In this document: piece after piece, positions 1 to 9,155 of the stretch
Position numbering within the stretch: the first letter of the stretch is position 1
Layout of the letters: each line of letters begins with the position of its first letter
Source of the DNA: an uncultured bacterium
GTDB lineage: Bacteria > Bacillota_I > Bacilli_A > RF39 > UBA660
Length of the DNA: 64,000 nucleotides
Direction: 5' to 3'
Assembly: GCA_946643435.1 (NCBI GenBank)
Contig: CAMPCD010000002.1
Location: 13,370-77,369 of the forward strand
Program-made: the position numbers and the translations under genes
Notes under the pieces: model-generated
The model's database searches: none
Seen by the model: only the letters and a program-made list of their open reading frames with translations
Told to the model about the DNA's origin: nothing

Positions 1-2412
1 GATAGAGCAATCCCAGATGTAAGAGATGGGTTAAAACCAGTTCAAAGAAGAATTATCTATGCCATGCATTTAGATAAAAACACATATGATAAACCTTTTA
101 AGAAGTGTGCAAATGCAGTAGGTAATGTATTAGGTAAGTTCCATCCACATGGTGATACATCAGTATATGATGCATTAATACATTTATCTCAAGAGTGGAA
201 GAATAATAATCCATTAGTTGAAGTAGATGGTAACAATGGTTCTATTGATGGGGATCCTCCAGCTGCCATGCGTTATACTGAAACAAGATTATCAAAGATA
301 GCGGAAGAAACTTTAAAAGATTTACCTAAAGATACAGTAATATGGGCTCCTAACTATTCAGATACTTTAATGGAACCAACTGTATTACCTGCTAAGTTCC
401 CAATTATTTTAGTAAATGGTACTATGGGTATTTCAGCTGGATATGCAACTAATATACCTACACATAATTTAGGTGAAATAATAGATGCTACAATCAAGAG
501 AATTGATTCTCCTAATTGTCATTTAGATAGTATCTTAGATATTGTTAAAGGACCTGATTTTCCTACTGGTGGTATAGTTGAAGGTAAAAATGATATAAGA
601 CAAGCTTTAGAAACAGGTAAGGGAAAAGTATCAGTAAGAGCTAAATATGAATTCGTTAAAGAAAAAGGAAAAGAATCATGTGTAATTACTGAAATACCTT
701 ATGATGTTATTAAACAACAATTAGTTAAAAAGATTGATGATATAAGAATAAATAATAATGTATCAGGTATAGCTGAAGTAAGAGATGAATCTGATAAAGA
801 TGCATTCTGTAGAATAGTTATTGATTTTAAACCTGGAGCTAATAAAGAATTAGTTATGAACTATTTATTAAAGAATACAGATCTTAAAGTAAATTGTTCA
901 TATAATATGGTAACAATAGTTAATAGAAGACCTAGACAATTAGGTATTCTAGGAATATTAGATGCTTATATTGCTTTTGATAAAGAAGTAGTAAGAAAAA
1001 GATCAGAATATGATTTAAAGAAAGCAGAAGATGCTGCTAACTTAGCATTAGGTATGTTAAAAGCAGTTGATATATTAGACAAGATTATTAAAACTATTAG
1101 AGCTTCTAAAGGTAAAGCTGATGCTAAACAAAACATTATTAAAGAATATGGTTTCAATGAAGCTCAAGCTGAATATATAGTTACATTACAATTATATAGA
1201 TTAGCTAATACAGAAGTAGCTGAAGAACAAGCTAAATATGATAATGCAATGAAGATTATTAATATGTTAAAAGAAATATTAAGTGATGAATCTAAATTAA
1301 ACCAAGTTATTAAAAATGAATTAAGAGCTATTAAGAAAGAATATGCTACTCCAAGAAAGACTGAAATATCTGATGAAGTAAAAGAAATTTCTTATAATGC
1401 AGAAGATTTAATCATGAAAGAAAATGTAATAGTATCTTTATCAAAAGATGGATACTTAAAGAAGGTTTCATCTAAATCTTATAATGCTGCTGATTCAAGT
1501 GGTGTTAAAGAAGGAGATTATTTAATTAATCTATATGAAACAACTACATTAAATAAGATCATGGTATTAACAAAGAAAGGTAATTATATCTATTTACCTA
1601 TAAATGATATTCCTACATTTAAGTGGAAAGATTTAGGTAAACATATATCTAACTTTGTTGCTATTGATCCTAATGATGAAGTAGTTAAATCATATGTAGT
1701 AGATGATAGATCTCATGATATGGAAGTAGTTATTTATACAAAAGATGGTAATGTTAAGAAGATTAACTTAAATGACTTAACTGTATCTAAATATAATAAA
1801 CTATATACATATATTAAGTTAAAAGATAATGATTTAGTTGTTGATGTACAAAGAGCTAAAGAAAATACTATTATAGTATCTAAGACAGGATATTATATAT
1901 CTTATAAGACAGATGAAATACCTGTTGTATCATCAGGTAAGTCTGCAGGTGTTAAAGGTATTAACTTAAAAGATGATGAAGTTGTATCTGGTTTAACATA
2001 TGATGCTGATGATGAATATTTAAATATATTTACAAATCAAAAGACAGGTAAACGTATTAAATTATCTGACTTAACTGAATCATCAAGAGCTAAACGTGGT
2101 TCTATGGTAATTAAACCAGTTAAATCAACTAACTATGAAATAATATCTGCTTTAATTACTTCAACTAAAGATATGATAGGATTAGAAAAATTAGATGATG
2201 TAGAAGAATTAAAGAATACAGATATATCTATCATGGATTTAGCTTCTACTGGATCTAATATAACTAAATCTAGATATACTAAAGCGTTTGTTGTAACTAC
2301 TTTAAAGAAAGTTGATGAAGTAGAAAAAGATTCTAAACCTAAAGAAGTAAAAAAGACAAAGGCTGAAGTAAAACAAGAAGAATTAGATTTTATTGATGAT
2401 TTTAAAATATAA
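1..2412 (+). CDS. parC: DNA topoisomerase IV subunit A (5' end cut by window edge)
   Basis: Frame is open from base 1 (DRAIPDVRDGLKPVQRRIIYAM...), so the track start at 64 is an internal Met. KPVQRR is the Gram-positive ParC/GrlA form (GyrA has KPVHRR). HPHGDTSVYD QRDR segment, with a Thr codon at 157-159 at the Ser79/80-equivalent position. AAMRYTE catalytic-Tyr motif. No GyrA box (QRRGGKG) seen in the C-terminal domain. Confidence 0.8.
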   Translation, partial: DRAIPDVRDGLKPVQRRIIYAMHLDKNTYDKPFKKCANAVGNVLGKFHPHGDTSVYDALIHLSQEWKNNNPLVEVDGNNGSIDGDPPAAMRYTETRLSKIAEETLKDLPKDTVIWAPNYSDTLMEPTVLPAKFPIILVNGTMGISAGYATNIPTHNLGEIIDATIKRIDSPNCHLDSILDIVKGPDFPTGGIVEGKNDIRQALETGKGKVSVRAKYEFVKEKGKESCVITEIPYDVIKQQLVKKIDDIRINNNVSGIAEVRDESDKDAFCRIVIDFKPGANKELVMNYLLKNTDLKVNCSYNMVTIVNRRPRQLGILGILDAYIAFDKEVVRKRSEYDLKKAEDAANLALGMLKAVDILDKIIKTIRASKGKADAKQNIIKEYGFNEAQAEYIVTLQLYRLANTEVAEEQAKYDNAMKIINMLKEILSDESKLNQVIKNELRAIKKEYATPRKTEISDEVKEISYNAEDLIMKENVIVSLSKDGYLKKVSSKSYNAADSSGVKEGDYLINLYETTTLNKIMVLTKKGNYIYLPINDIPTFKWKDLGKHISNFVAIDPNDEVVKSYVVDDRSHDMEVVIYTKDGNVKKINLNDLTVSKYNKLYTYIKLKDNDLVVDVQRAKENTIIVSKTGYYISYKTDEIPVVSSGKSAGVKGINLKDDEVVSGLTYDADDEYLNIFTNQKTGKRIKLSDLTESSRAKRGSMVIKPVKSTNYEIISALITSTKDMIGLEKLDDVEELKNTDISIMDLASTGSNITKSRYTKAFVVTTLKKVDEVEKDSKPKEVKKTKAEVKQEELDFIDDFKI

Positions 2413-2414
2413 AG

Positions 2415-2439
2415 AGTAGATAATATATCTACTTTTTTA
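2415..2439 (+). terminator. intrinsic terminator after parC
   Basis: Hairpin agtagat/atctact with loop aatat, followed by a T6 run. Confidence 0.6.
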
Positions 2440-2473
2440 TATGAATAATATATAATTATAATAGGTGAACAAT

Positions 2474-3064
2474 ATGAATGATATATTAAAATATTTTGAA
2501 TATAATGCTCCGGTTACCTTGACATTCTTTTTAATATCCTTTGGAGTATTGATATTATCATGGTTAACAAGAGGAAAGAGTAATTATTTATTTTCAAGTG
2601 AAAAAGCATCTTTATTAAATCCTTTAACATATATAAGATTTTTTACTAATATATTAGGACATAAAGACTTTGGACATTTTAGTAATAATTTCTTAAAGAT
2701 ATTATTATTAGGTCCTATGATAGAAGAAAAGTATGGATCAATTAATTTATTAATTATGATATTAATAACTGCATTTATTACAGGTGTAATTAATTTCATA
2801 ATTGGTAAATATAGAATACTAGGTGCATCAAATATAGTATTTATGTTAATAGCATTATCAGCATTTGTTAATATGTCTGATAAGATACCTTTAACATTAG
2901 TATTCATTATATTATTCTATTTTATTGATGAAGTAAGACAATTGTTTAATAAAGATGGTGTATCTCATTATGGACATTTAATAGGTGCACTATGTGGTGT
3001 AGCATTTGGATTTATATGCCAAAATCAAAGTTTAATAGATTTTATTATGTCATATGTAAAATAA
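2474..3064 (+). CDS. rhomboid-family intramembrane serine protease (probable)
   Basis: Polytopic membrane protein with rhomboid-like GASNIVF (Ser) and HYGHLIGALCG (His) motifs. AGGTGA RBS lies 5 nt before ATG 2474; the track start at 2465 is a GTG inside that RBS. Confidence 0.6.
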   Translation: MNDILKYFEYNAPVTLTFFLISFGVLILSWLTRGKSNYLFSSEKASLLNPLTYIRFFTNILGHKDFGHFSNNFLKILLLGPMIEEKYGSINLLIMILITAFITGVINFIIGKYRILGASNIVFMLIALSAFVNMSDKIPLTLVFIILFYFIDEVRQLFNKDGVSHYGHLIGALCGVAFGFICQNQSLIDFIMSYVK

Positions 3065-3074
3065 ATAATATAAA

Positions 3075-3107
3075 AGATAGATTTATTGTATAATCTATCT
3101 TTTTTTA
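3075..3107 (+). terminator. intrinsic terminator
   Basis: Hairpin agatagatt/aatctatct followed by T7. Confidence 0.65.
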
Positions 3108-3131
3108 TTAATATTAAAGTAGGTGATATTT

Positions 3132-4403
3132 ATGAAGAAAAAAATATTATTAATAATTCCAATAGCAATAATAATAGTATTATTAGCTAGTATTATATTG
3201 ATGGCTATGAACTATCATAAAAAGATTAGTACAATACATCCTAGAAAAGATGTTAATTATCAACAATATGAATCCGATAATAAAACATTCATGTTTAATA
3301 TGTTAAAACAAATAAACGAAGAAGAAAAAAATAATTATTTAATATCACCTTATAGTATAAATGTTGCTTTATCAATGTTAAGAGATGGTTCAAAAGGTGA
3401 TACTTATGAACAAATAAATAAACTAATAGGTAATGAAAAAGTAGCAGTTATCAACAATGAAAATATCAAGATATCTAATGCTATGTTTACAAAGAATAAA
3501 TATAAGAGTTTTATTGAAGAAACATATATTACAAACTTAAAAGATAATTATTCTTCTGAATTCTTATTTGATGATTTTAAAACACCAAAAGTTATTAATG
3601 ATTGGGTTAATAATAAAACAGATGGAATGATTCCTAAATTATTGGATAGAATAGATGAAGACTTTGTTTTAGGATTAGCTAACGCAATTGCAATAGATGT
3701 TAAATGGCAAAAAAGATTCGAATGTGAATTAACAACTGAAGCAGAATTCACTAAGCAAGATGGTGAAAAGATAAAAGTGGAAATGATGCATAATGAATAT
3801 CGTGGAATTGATAATTATCTTGAATCTGATAAAGCAAAAGGTATTATTATTCCATATAAAGAAGATACTAATTTAGAATATATTGCTATATTACCTAATG
3901 ATGATATAAATGAATATATAAAGAACTTTGATGATAAAGAATTAGCTAAATTAGAATCTAAAAAAGCAGAACAAAATGATAAGCCAACAAAAATATTCTT
4001 ATCTATACCAAGATATACATATGATTATGATTTACAATCTTTCAAAACATTGTTAATTAATAATGGTATGTCTGATGCATTTGATATGGATAAAGCTGAT
4101 TTCTCTGGAATAATATCTAAGGAAACAAGAACAAAGAATAATGTTAATAATTTATATGTAGAAGAAGCAATTCATAAAACACATATTGCATTAAATGAAG
4201 AAGGAACAAAAGCAGCAGCCGTTACATACTTTGGTTTAAATGAAGCTACAGCATTTATAGAACCTGATTATAATATAATCAATATTGATTTAAATAAACC
4301 ATTTATATATATGATTAGAGAAAAAACAACTAATAGTATTTTATTCTTAGGTGTTGTTAATGAACCTAATAAATGGAATGGAACAACATGTGGAAAAAGA
4401 TAG
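3132..4403 (+). CDS. serpin (serine protease inhibitor family) with N-terminal membrane anchor
   Basis: ISPYSINVALSMLRDGSKGDT serpin N-terminal signature, hinge/RCL EEGTKAAAVTYFG, C-terminal KPFIYMIRE...ILFLGVVNEP. Hydrophobic N-terminus ILLIIPIAIIIVLLASIILMA. ATG 3132 is preceded by AGGTGA. Confidence 0.85.
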   Translation: MKKKILLIIPIAIIIVLLASIILMAMNYHKKISTIHPRKDVNYQQYESDNKTFMFNMLKQINEEEKNNYLISPYSINVALSMLRDGSKGDTYEQINKLIGNEKVAVINNENIKISNAMFTKNKYKSFIEETYITNLKDNYSSEFLFDDFKTPKVINDWVNNKTDGMIPKLLDRIDEDFVLGLANAIAIDVKWQKRFECELTTEAEFTKQDGEKIKVEMMHNEYRGIDNYLESDKAKGIIIPYKEDTNLEYIAILPNDDINEYIKNFDDKELAKLESKKAEQNDKPTKIFLSIPRYTYDYDLQSFKTLLINNGMSDAFDMDKADFSGIISKETRTKNNVNNLYVEEAIHKTHIALNEEGTKAAAVTYFGLNEATAFIEPDYNIINIDLNKPFIYMIREKTTNSILFLGVVNEPNKWNGTTCGKR

Positions 4404-4423
4404 AGATTAATCTATCTTTTTTT
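4399..4423 (+). terminator. intrinsic terminator after serpin
   Basis: Hairpin gataga/tctatc (includes the stop codon) followed by T7. Confidence 0.6.
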
Positions 4424-4436
4424 ATGTTATAATTAA

Positions 4437-4447
4437 TGTGGTATAAT
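4437..4447 (+). promoter_or_regulatory. extended -10 promoter element TGTGGTATAAT (mgtE)
   Basis: TGTGGTATAAT lies ~35 nt upstream of the AAGGAG-ATG of mgtE. A second TGTTATAAT sits at 4425-4433. The track ORF start at 4436 is the ATG embedded in this element. Confidence 0.5.
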
Positions 4448-4480
4448 AAAAAACGTTTTTGCAAAAAGGAGTTGATTTAT

Positions 4481-5818
4481 ATGGAATTAGATTTCTTTAA
4501 AGAATTATTAGACAATAAAAAATATACTGATATTAAGAATATTTATAAGGATATGAATGAAGTAGATATAGCTACATTAATTCAAGAATTAGAGGATGAT
4601 AAATTAACTCAAGCATTTAGATTATTACCTAAAAAGATGGCAACTGATGTTTTTGTTAATATGGATGATGATGTACAAAAGAAGTTAATAACTGCTTTAA
4701 CTAATAAAGAAGCAACATCAATCATTGAAGATATGTATTCAGATGATGCTGCTGACTTATTTGATGAAATGCCTGCTGTAATGGTAGCTAAATTATTATC
4801 AAATGTATCTAAAGAAACTAGATCAGTTATTAATAAGTTATTAAGATATCCAGATAATTCAGCTGGTTCTTTAATGGCTACAGAGTATATTCATTTAAAG
4901 AAAGGTTTAACAATTAAACAATCTATTGAAAGAATAAGAAAACAAAAGAATGAATTTGTTTCATATGATAATTGTTATGTGACAGATGATGAAAGACATT
5001 TATTAGGTTTAGTTTCTATAAAAGATTTATTGGTTAATGATCCTGATACATTAATAGAAGATGTAATGACTGAAGCAGAACATATGATACCAACTTTAAT
5101 GGATCAAGAGGATGTTGCTGATATGTTCCAAGATTATGACTATAACACAATGCCTGTTGTTGATTCTGAATCCAGACTTGTTGGTGTTATTACAATTGAT
5201 GATATCATCGATGTAATCGTAGAAGAATCTACTGAGGATATTGAAAAGATGGCAGCGATTACTCCAACTGATAAATCATATATTAATACTGGGGTATTTG
5301 AAACATTCTATAAAAGAATACCTTGGTTATTATTATTAATGATATCTGCTACTTTTACTGGTGGTATTATTACTCATTTTGAAGCTTCATTAGCATCATG
5401 TGTAGCTTTAACTGCATTTATTCCTATGTTAATGGATACAGGTGGAAACGCTGGTTCTCAAGCATCTGTTTCAGTTATAAGAAGTTTATCTTTAAATGAA
5501 ATAGAATTTAAAGATACATTTAAAGTTTTATGGAAAGAGTTTAGAGTATCTTTATTATGTGGAATAACATTAGCTTTAGCTAATTTCTTAAAATTAATAT
5601 TTATTGATAATATTGAAGTATTAATAGCAACTGTTGTATGTGGAACATTAGTAATAACTGTATGTGTTGCTAAGTTAATAGGATCATCTTTACCAATCTT
5701 AGCTAAGAAGGTTGGATTTGACCCAGCAGTCATGGCATCACCATTTATTACAACTATAGTTGATGCATGTTCATTATTAATATATTTCAAGATTGCTTCA
5801 ATTTTATTGGGAATATAA
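4481..5818 (+). CDS. mgtE: magnesium transporter MgtE
   Basis: MgtE N-domain, CBS-pair region (LLGLVSIKDLL, LVGVITIDDIIDVI) and TM domain with PMLMDTGGNAGSQAS motif. AAGGAG RBS before ATG 4481. Confidence 0.9.
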   Translation: MELDFFKELLDNKKYTDIKNIYKDMNEVDIATLIQELEDDKLTQAFRLLPKKMATDVFVNMDDDVQKKLITALTNKEATSIIEDMYSDDAADLFDEMPAVMVAKLLSNVSKETRSVINKLLRYPDNSAGSLMATEYIHLKKGLTIKQSIERIRKQKNEFVSYDNCYVTDDERHLLGLVSIKDLLVNDPDTLIEDVMTEAEHMIPTLMDQEDVADMFQDYDYNTMPVVDSESRLVGVITIDDIIDVIVEESTEDIEKMAAITPTDKSYINTGVFETFYKRIPWLLLLMISATFTGGIITHFEASLASCVALTAFIPMLMDTGGNAGSQASVSVIRSLSLNEIEFKDTFKVLWKEFRVSLLCGITLALANFLKLIFIDNIEVLIATVVCGTLVITVCVAKLIGSSLPILAKKVGFDPAVMASPFITTIVDACSLLIYFKIASILLGI

Positions 5819-5819
5819 G

Positions 5820-5842
5820 AGCAAGTAATACTTGCTTTTATT
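5820..5842 (+). terminator. intrinsic terminator after mgtE
   Basis: Hairpin agcaagt/acttgct followed by TTTTATTTT. Confidence 0.6.
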
Positions 5843-5880
5843 TTGTTATAAAAATATAATAAATCTTGAAGGAGATAAGT

Positions 5881-6633
5881 ATGAAAGTAGTAAAATTCAT
5901 TAAAGATAAAGGCAATAAATATAAAGTTATAATTGATGATGAAACATATAAACTATATGATGATACTATCATTAAATATAATTTATTAAGTAAAAAAGAA
6001 ATAGATAAAAAATTATTAGATGAAATATTATCCTATAATGATGAATTACTTTCTTACTATGAATCTATTAAATATATAAATAGAAAACTAAGATCTGAAA
6101 AAGAAATAAGAGAGTATTTGAAGAAGAAAGAAATAAGTGCATCTATTATTAATAAAACAGTTAAACTATTATATGATAATAATTTCTTAAATGAAGATTT
6201 ATATTTAAAGAGTTATATAAATGATAGAATTAATCTATCTAATGATGGACCTTTAAAGATAAAAAGAGATTTACTTAAATTAGGATTAAAAGAAGAAGAT
6301 ATAATTGATAGATTAAATACTATTTCTAGTGATATATGGTTAGATAGAATAGATACTATTGTTTCTAAAAAAATAAAAGGTAATAGTAAATATTCAAGTT
6401 ATATGTTGAAAAATAAGGTGTTATTAAATCTAACTAATTTAGGTTATTATAAAGAAGATATATTAAGTATTTTAAATAGATATGATATAATAGATTCAGA
6501 TATATATTTAAAAGAGAAAGAAAAAGCCTATAAAGAATTAAGTAAAAAATATTCTGGATATGAACTAGAACAAAAAATAAATGCTAGATTATATAGAAAA
6601 GGTTTTAGAGGAAGTGGAAGTTATGAAGAATAA
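5881..6633 (+). CDS. recX: RecX-like regulatory protein
   Basis: All-helical ~250-aa protein with a repeated ~45-aa module pattern typical of RecX (..RSEKEIREYLKKKEIS..I..V..L..NNFLNEDLY..). Assigned by pattern only. AAGGAG RBS before ATG 5881. Confidence 0.55.
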   Translation: MKVVKFIKDKGNKYKVIIDDETYKLYDDTIIKYNLLSKKEIDKKLLDEILSYNDELLSYYESIKYINRKLRSEKEIREYLKKKEISASIINKTVKLLYDNNFLNEDLYLKSYINDRINLSNDGPLKIKRDLLKLGLKEEDIIDRLNTISSDIWLDRIDTIVSKKIKGNSKYSSYMLKNKVLLNLTNLGYYKEDILSILNRYDIIDSDIYLKEKEKAYKELSKKYSGYELEQKINARLYRKGFRGSGSYEE

Positions 6634-7141
6634 ATATCAAAGATTAACAAGAGAAGAAAAGAAACAAGTTGTAAAAGATTTTAGAGCAGAAAGTGAAAAG
6701 AATAACAATTATATGAGTGTATTAAATAGAATGTTAATTCTTGGTATAATTGGTTTAATATATGGTATTGCATCAATGCTTGGAGATCTATTCTTCTTTA
6801 AAGCTAGTGTATTAGCTTATATTATTGATGGTATTGTAATAGCATTTTCAGTATTCTTAATAGTTCAACATTTTAGAATTAAAGGTGCTGTATTAAATTA
6901 TTATTTAGTTAATCCTAAAGCTAAAGAAATAAGAGAAGCAGTTGAAGATACTGAAGAAGAAGTTAAAGAATCAACAATGGTAATGATTAAAGATACTGAA
7001 AAGAAACCAACAAAGAAAAAAACAACTAATAAAAAAACAAGTACTGCTAAGAAGAGTACTACAAGTAAAAAGACTACAAGTAAGTCTACTTCAACAAAGA
7101 AGACTACAACTAAAAAAACAACAAAGAAAAGTGATAAATAA
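6623..7141 (+). CDS. membrane protein with Lys/Thr/Ser-rich C-terminal tail (hypothetical)
   Basis: Two TM helices, then a KKPTKKKTTNKKTSTAKKSTTSKKTTSKSTSTKKTTTKKTTKK tail. ATG 6623 follows GGAAGTGGAAG and overlaps the recX end by 11 nt. Confidence 0.5.
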   Translation: MKNKYQRLTREEKKQVVKDFRAESEKNNNYMSVLNRMLILGIIGLIYGIASMLGDLFFFKASVLAYIIDGIVIAFSVFLIVQHFRIKGAVLNYYLVNPKAKEIREAVEDTEEEVKESTMVMIKDTEKKPTKKKTTNKKTSTAKKSTTSKKTTSKSTSTKKTTTKKTTKKSDK

Positions 7142-7167
7142 GATATGTATTAATCATATCTTTTTTA
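7141..7167 (+). terminator. intrinsic terminator
   Basis: Hairpin agatatg/catatct followed by T6. Confidence 0.6.
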
Positions 7168-7187
7168 CTATTTAAGGAGGAATAAAT

Positions 7188-7895
7188 ATGGAAAGAATTC
7201 AAAAGATTATTTCTGAATCTGGATATACATCAAGAAGAAAAGCTGAAGAATTAATTAAACAAGGAAAAGTATATGTTAATGGTGAACTTGCTACACTTGG
7301 TATGAAAGTATCATATGAAGATGATATAGAAGTAGAAGGTGTATCAATCCAAAGAGAAGAAAAAGTATATTATTTATTAAATAAACCTGAAGGTTATATT
7401 TGTTCTTTAAAAGATGAAAAGAATAGACCTGTTATTACAGAATTAATTGATGAAGATAAAAGAATCTATCCTGTTGGTAGATTAGATTATAATACTACTG
7501 GTTTAATAATTTTAACTAATGATGGTGAATTAGATAATATCTTAACTCATCCTTCTTTCCATATTGAAAAAACATATATAGCTAAATTAGATAAAAAGAT
7601 TTTAACTGATGATATATATGCTTTAAAGAAAGGTGTAGTAATAGATAATAGAAGATGTACACCTACTAGAGTTAAAGTTAAAAGTAATAATAAATATGCT
7701 ACAGTTGAAATATCTATTATTGAAGGAAGAAATCATATTGTTAAAAAAGTATTTGGTGCTTTAGGTTATAAAGTAATAAGATTACATAGATCTAAATATG
7801 GATTCTTAGTTGATGATATACCTGAAGGTAATTATAGAAAACTAACATTAAAGGAAGTACATAAATTATATGCATACAAAGTTAATAATAAGTAA
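7188..7895 (+). CDS. pseudouridine synthase, RsuA/RluB family
   Basis: N-terminal S4 domain (RIQKIISESGYTSRRKAEELIKQGKVYVNG) and catalytic-Asp motif VGRLDYNTTGLIILTNDGEL. AAGGAGG RBS. Confidence 0.8.
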   Translation: MERIQKIISESGYTSRRKAEELIKQGKVYVNGELATLGMKVSYEDDIEVEGVSIQREEKVYYLLNKPEGYICSLKDEKNRPVITELIDEDKRIYPVGRLDYNTTGLIILTNDGELDNILTHPSFHIEKTYIAKLDKKILTDDIYALKKGVVIDNRRCTPTRVKVKSNNKYATVEISIIEGRNHIVKKVFGALGYKVIRLHRSKYGFLVDDIPEGNYRKLTLKEVHKLYAYKVNNK

Positions 7896-9066
7896 ATTAG
7901 ATAATCAAGGAAGAGGTATATCATATTACAATAATAAGATAATATTTATTCCTAATTCTTTGCCTAATGAAGAAGTAGAAGTAGAAATAACTAAAGAGAA
8001 TTCCAAGTATTATGAAGGTAAAGTTATTAATATTATTAAGCCTTCACTTAATAGAGTTTTACCTAAATGCCCTTATATAAATGATTGTGGTGGATGTACA
8101 TTTATGCATTTAAACTATACTGATCAAATAGAATATAAAAGGAATGTAGTTAAAGATATATTAAAGAAATACTGTGGAATAGATGAAAATGTAAAAATAA
8201 TAGAATCAAATAAAGATTTATTTTATAGAAATAAAGTTGAATTGAAAATACATAGGAATACTTATTCTTATTATAATAATTCATCTCATGATTACTGTGA
8301 TATAGCAAAATGTTTATTAGCTAATAATACTATAAATGAAATAATAGATTATCATTCTTTCATGAATATATATGATGGAAGTATAACTATAAGAACTAAT
8401 TATAATAACGATTTATTATTAGTTATAGAAACATCTAAATTTGAATTCTTTAATGATCCACCTGAAAATGTAGTAGGTGTTGTAGTAAATGGTAAAACAG
8501 TATATGGAAATAATTACTTCTTTGATTATATAGGTGAATATAAATTTAAAGTATCATATGATTCTTTCTTTCAAATTAATAATTATATAGCTAATGAAAT
8601 ATTTAAAATATTAAATAATAATTTATCTGGTAATACTTTATTAGACCTTTACTGTGGTTCAGGAGTAATGGGTATTTCTTTAAAAGATAAATTTAATAAA
8701 ATAATAGGTATTGAAAAAGTTAAGAATGCCATTAAAGATGCAAATGACAATGCAGTCTTAAACAAAGTTAAAAACTATAAATATTATGCTGGTGATACAA
8801 GTGAAATATTACCAACTATAAATGATGAAATAGATACTGTAATAATTGATCCTCCTAGATCAGGATTAAATGATAAAACATTAAATGATATTTTAATAAT
8901 TAATCCTGATAAGATAGGATATGTATCATGTAATCCTATTACACTTGCAAGAGATTTAAATATCTTAAAAGAAAGATATAATATAACTAAAATATATGCA
9001 CTAGATATGTTTCCTAATACATACCATGTGGAAACAGTTATGATACTAGAGAAGAAAGATGTTTAA
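7870..9066 (+). CDS. 23S rRNA (uracil-5-)-methyltransferase, RumA/RlmD family
   Basis: TRAM-like N-terminus, Fe-S Cys cluster CPYINDCGGCTFMH, SAM motifs LDLYCGSG and IIDPPRSGL, catalytic-Cys segment YVSCNP. Confidence 0.8.
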   Translation: MHTKLIISKLDNQGRGISYYNNKIIFIPNSLPNEEVEVEITKENSKYYEGKVINIIKPSLNRVLPKCPYINDCGGCTFMHLNYTDQIEYKRNVVKDILKKYCGIDENVKIIESNKDLFYRNKVELKIHRNTYSYYNNSSHDYCDIAKCLLANNTINEIIDYHSFMNIYDGSITIRTNYNNDLLLVIETSKFEFFNDPPENVVGVVVNGKTVYGNNYFFDYIGEYKFKVSYDSFFQINNYIANEIFKILNNNLSGNTLLDLYCGSGVMGISLKDKFNKIIGIEKVKNAIKDANDNAVLNKVKNYKYYAGDTSEILPTINDEIDTVIIDPPRSGLNDKTLNDILIINPDKIGYVSCNPITLARDLNILKERYNITKIYALDMFPNTYHVETVMILEKKDV

Positions 9067-9081
9067 TAGACATCTTTTTTT
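9056..9081 (+). terminator. intrinsic terminator
   Basis: Hairpin aagatgt/acatctt followed by T7. Confidence 0.6.
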
Positions 9082-9126
9082 GATCGTAAAATAGTAATAT
9101 TGCGATGTAATTAGATTTAGAAGAAT

Positions 9127-9137
9127 TGTGATATAAT
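9127..9137 (+). promoter_or_regulatory. extended -10 element TGTGATATAAT
   Basis: TGnTATAAT-type element lies ~20 nt upstream of the GNAT gene start. Confidence 0.4.
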
Positions 9138-9155
9138 AAACATAGAGGTATGAGT

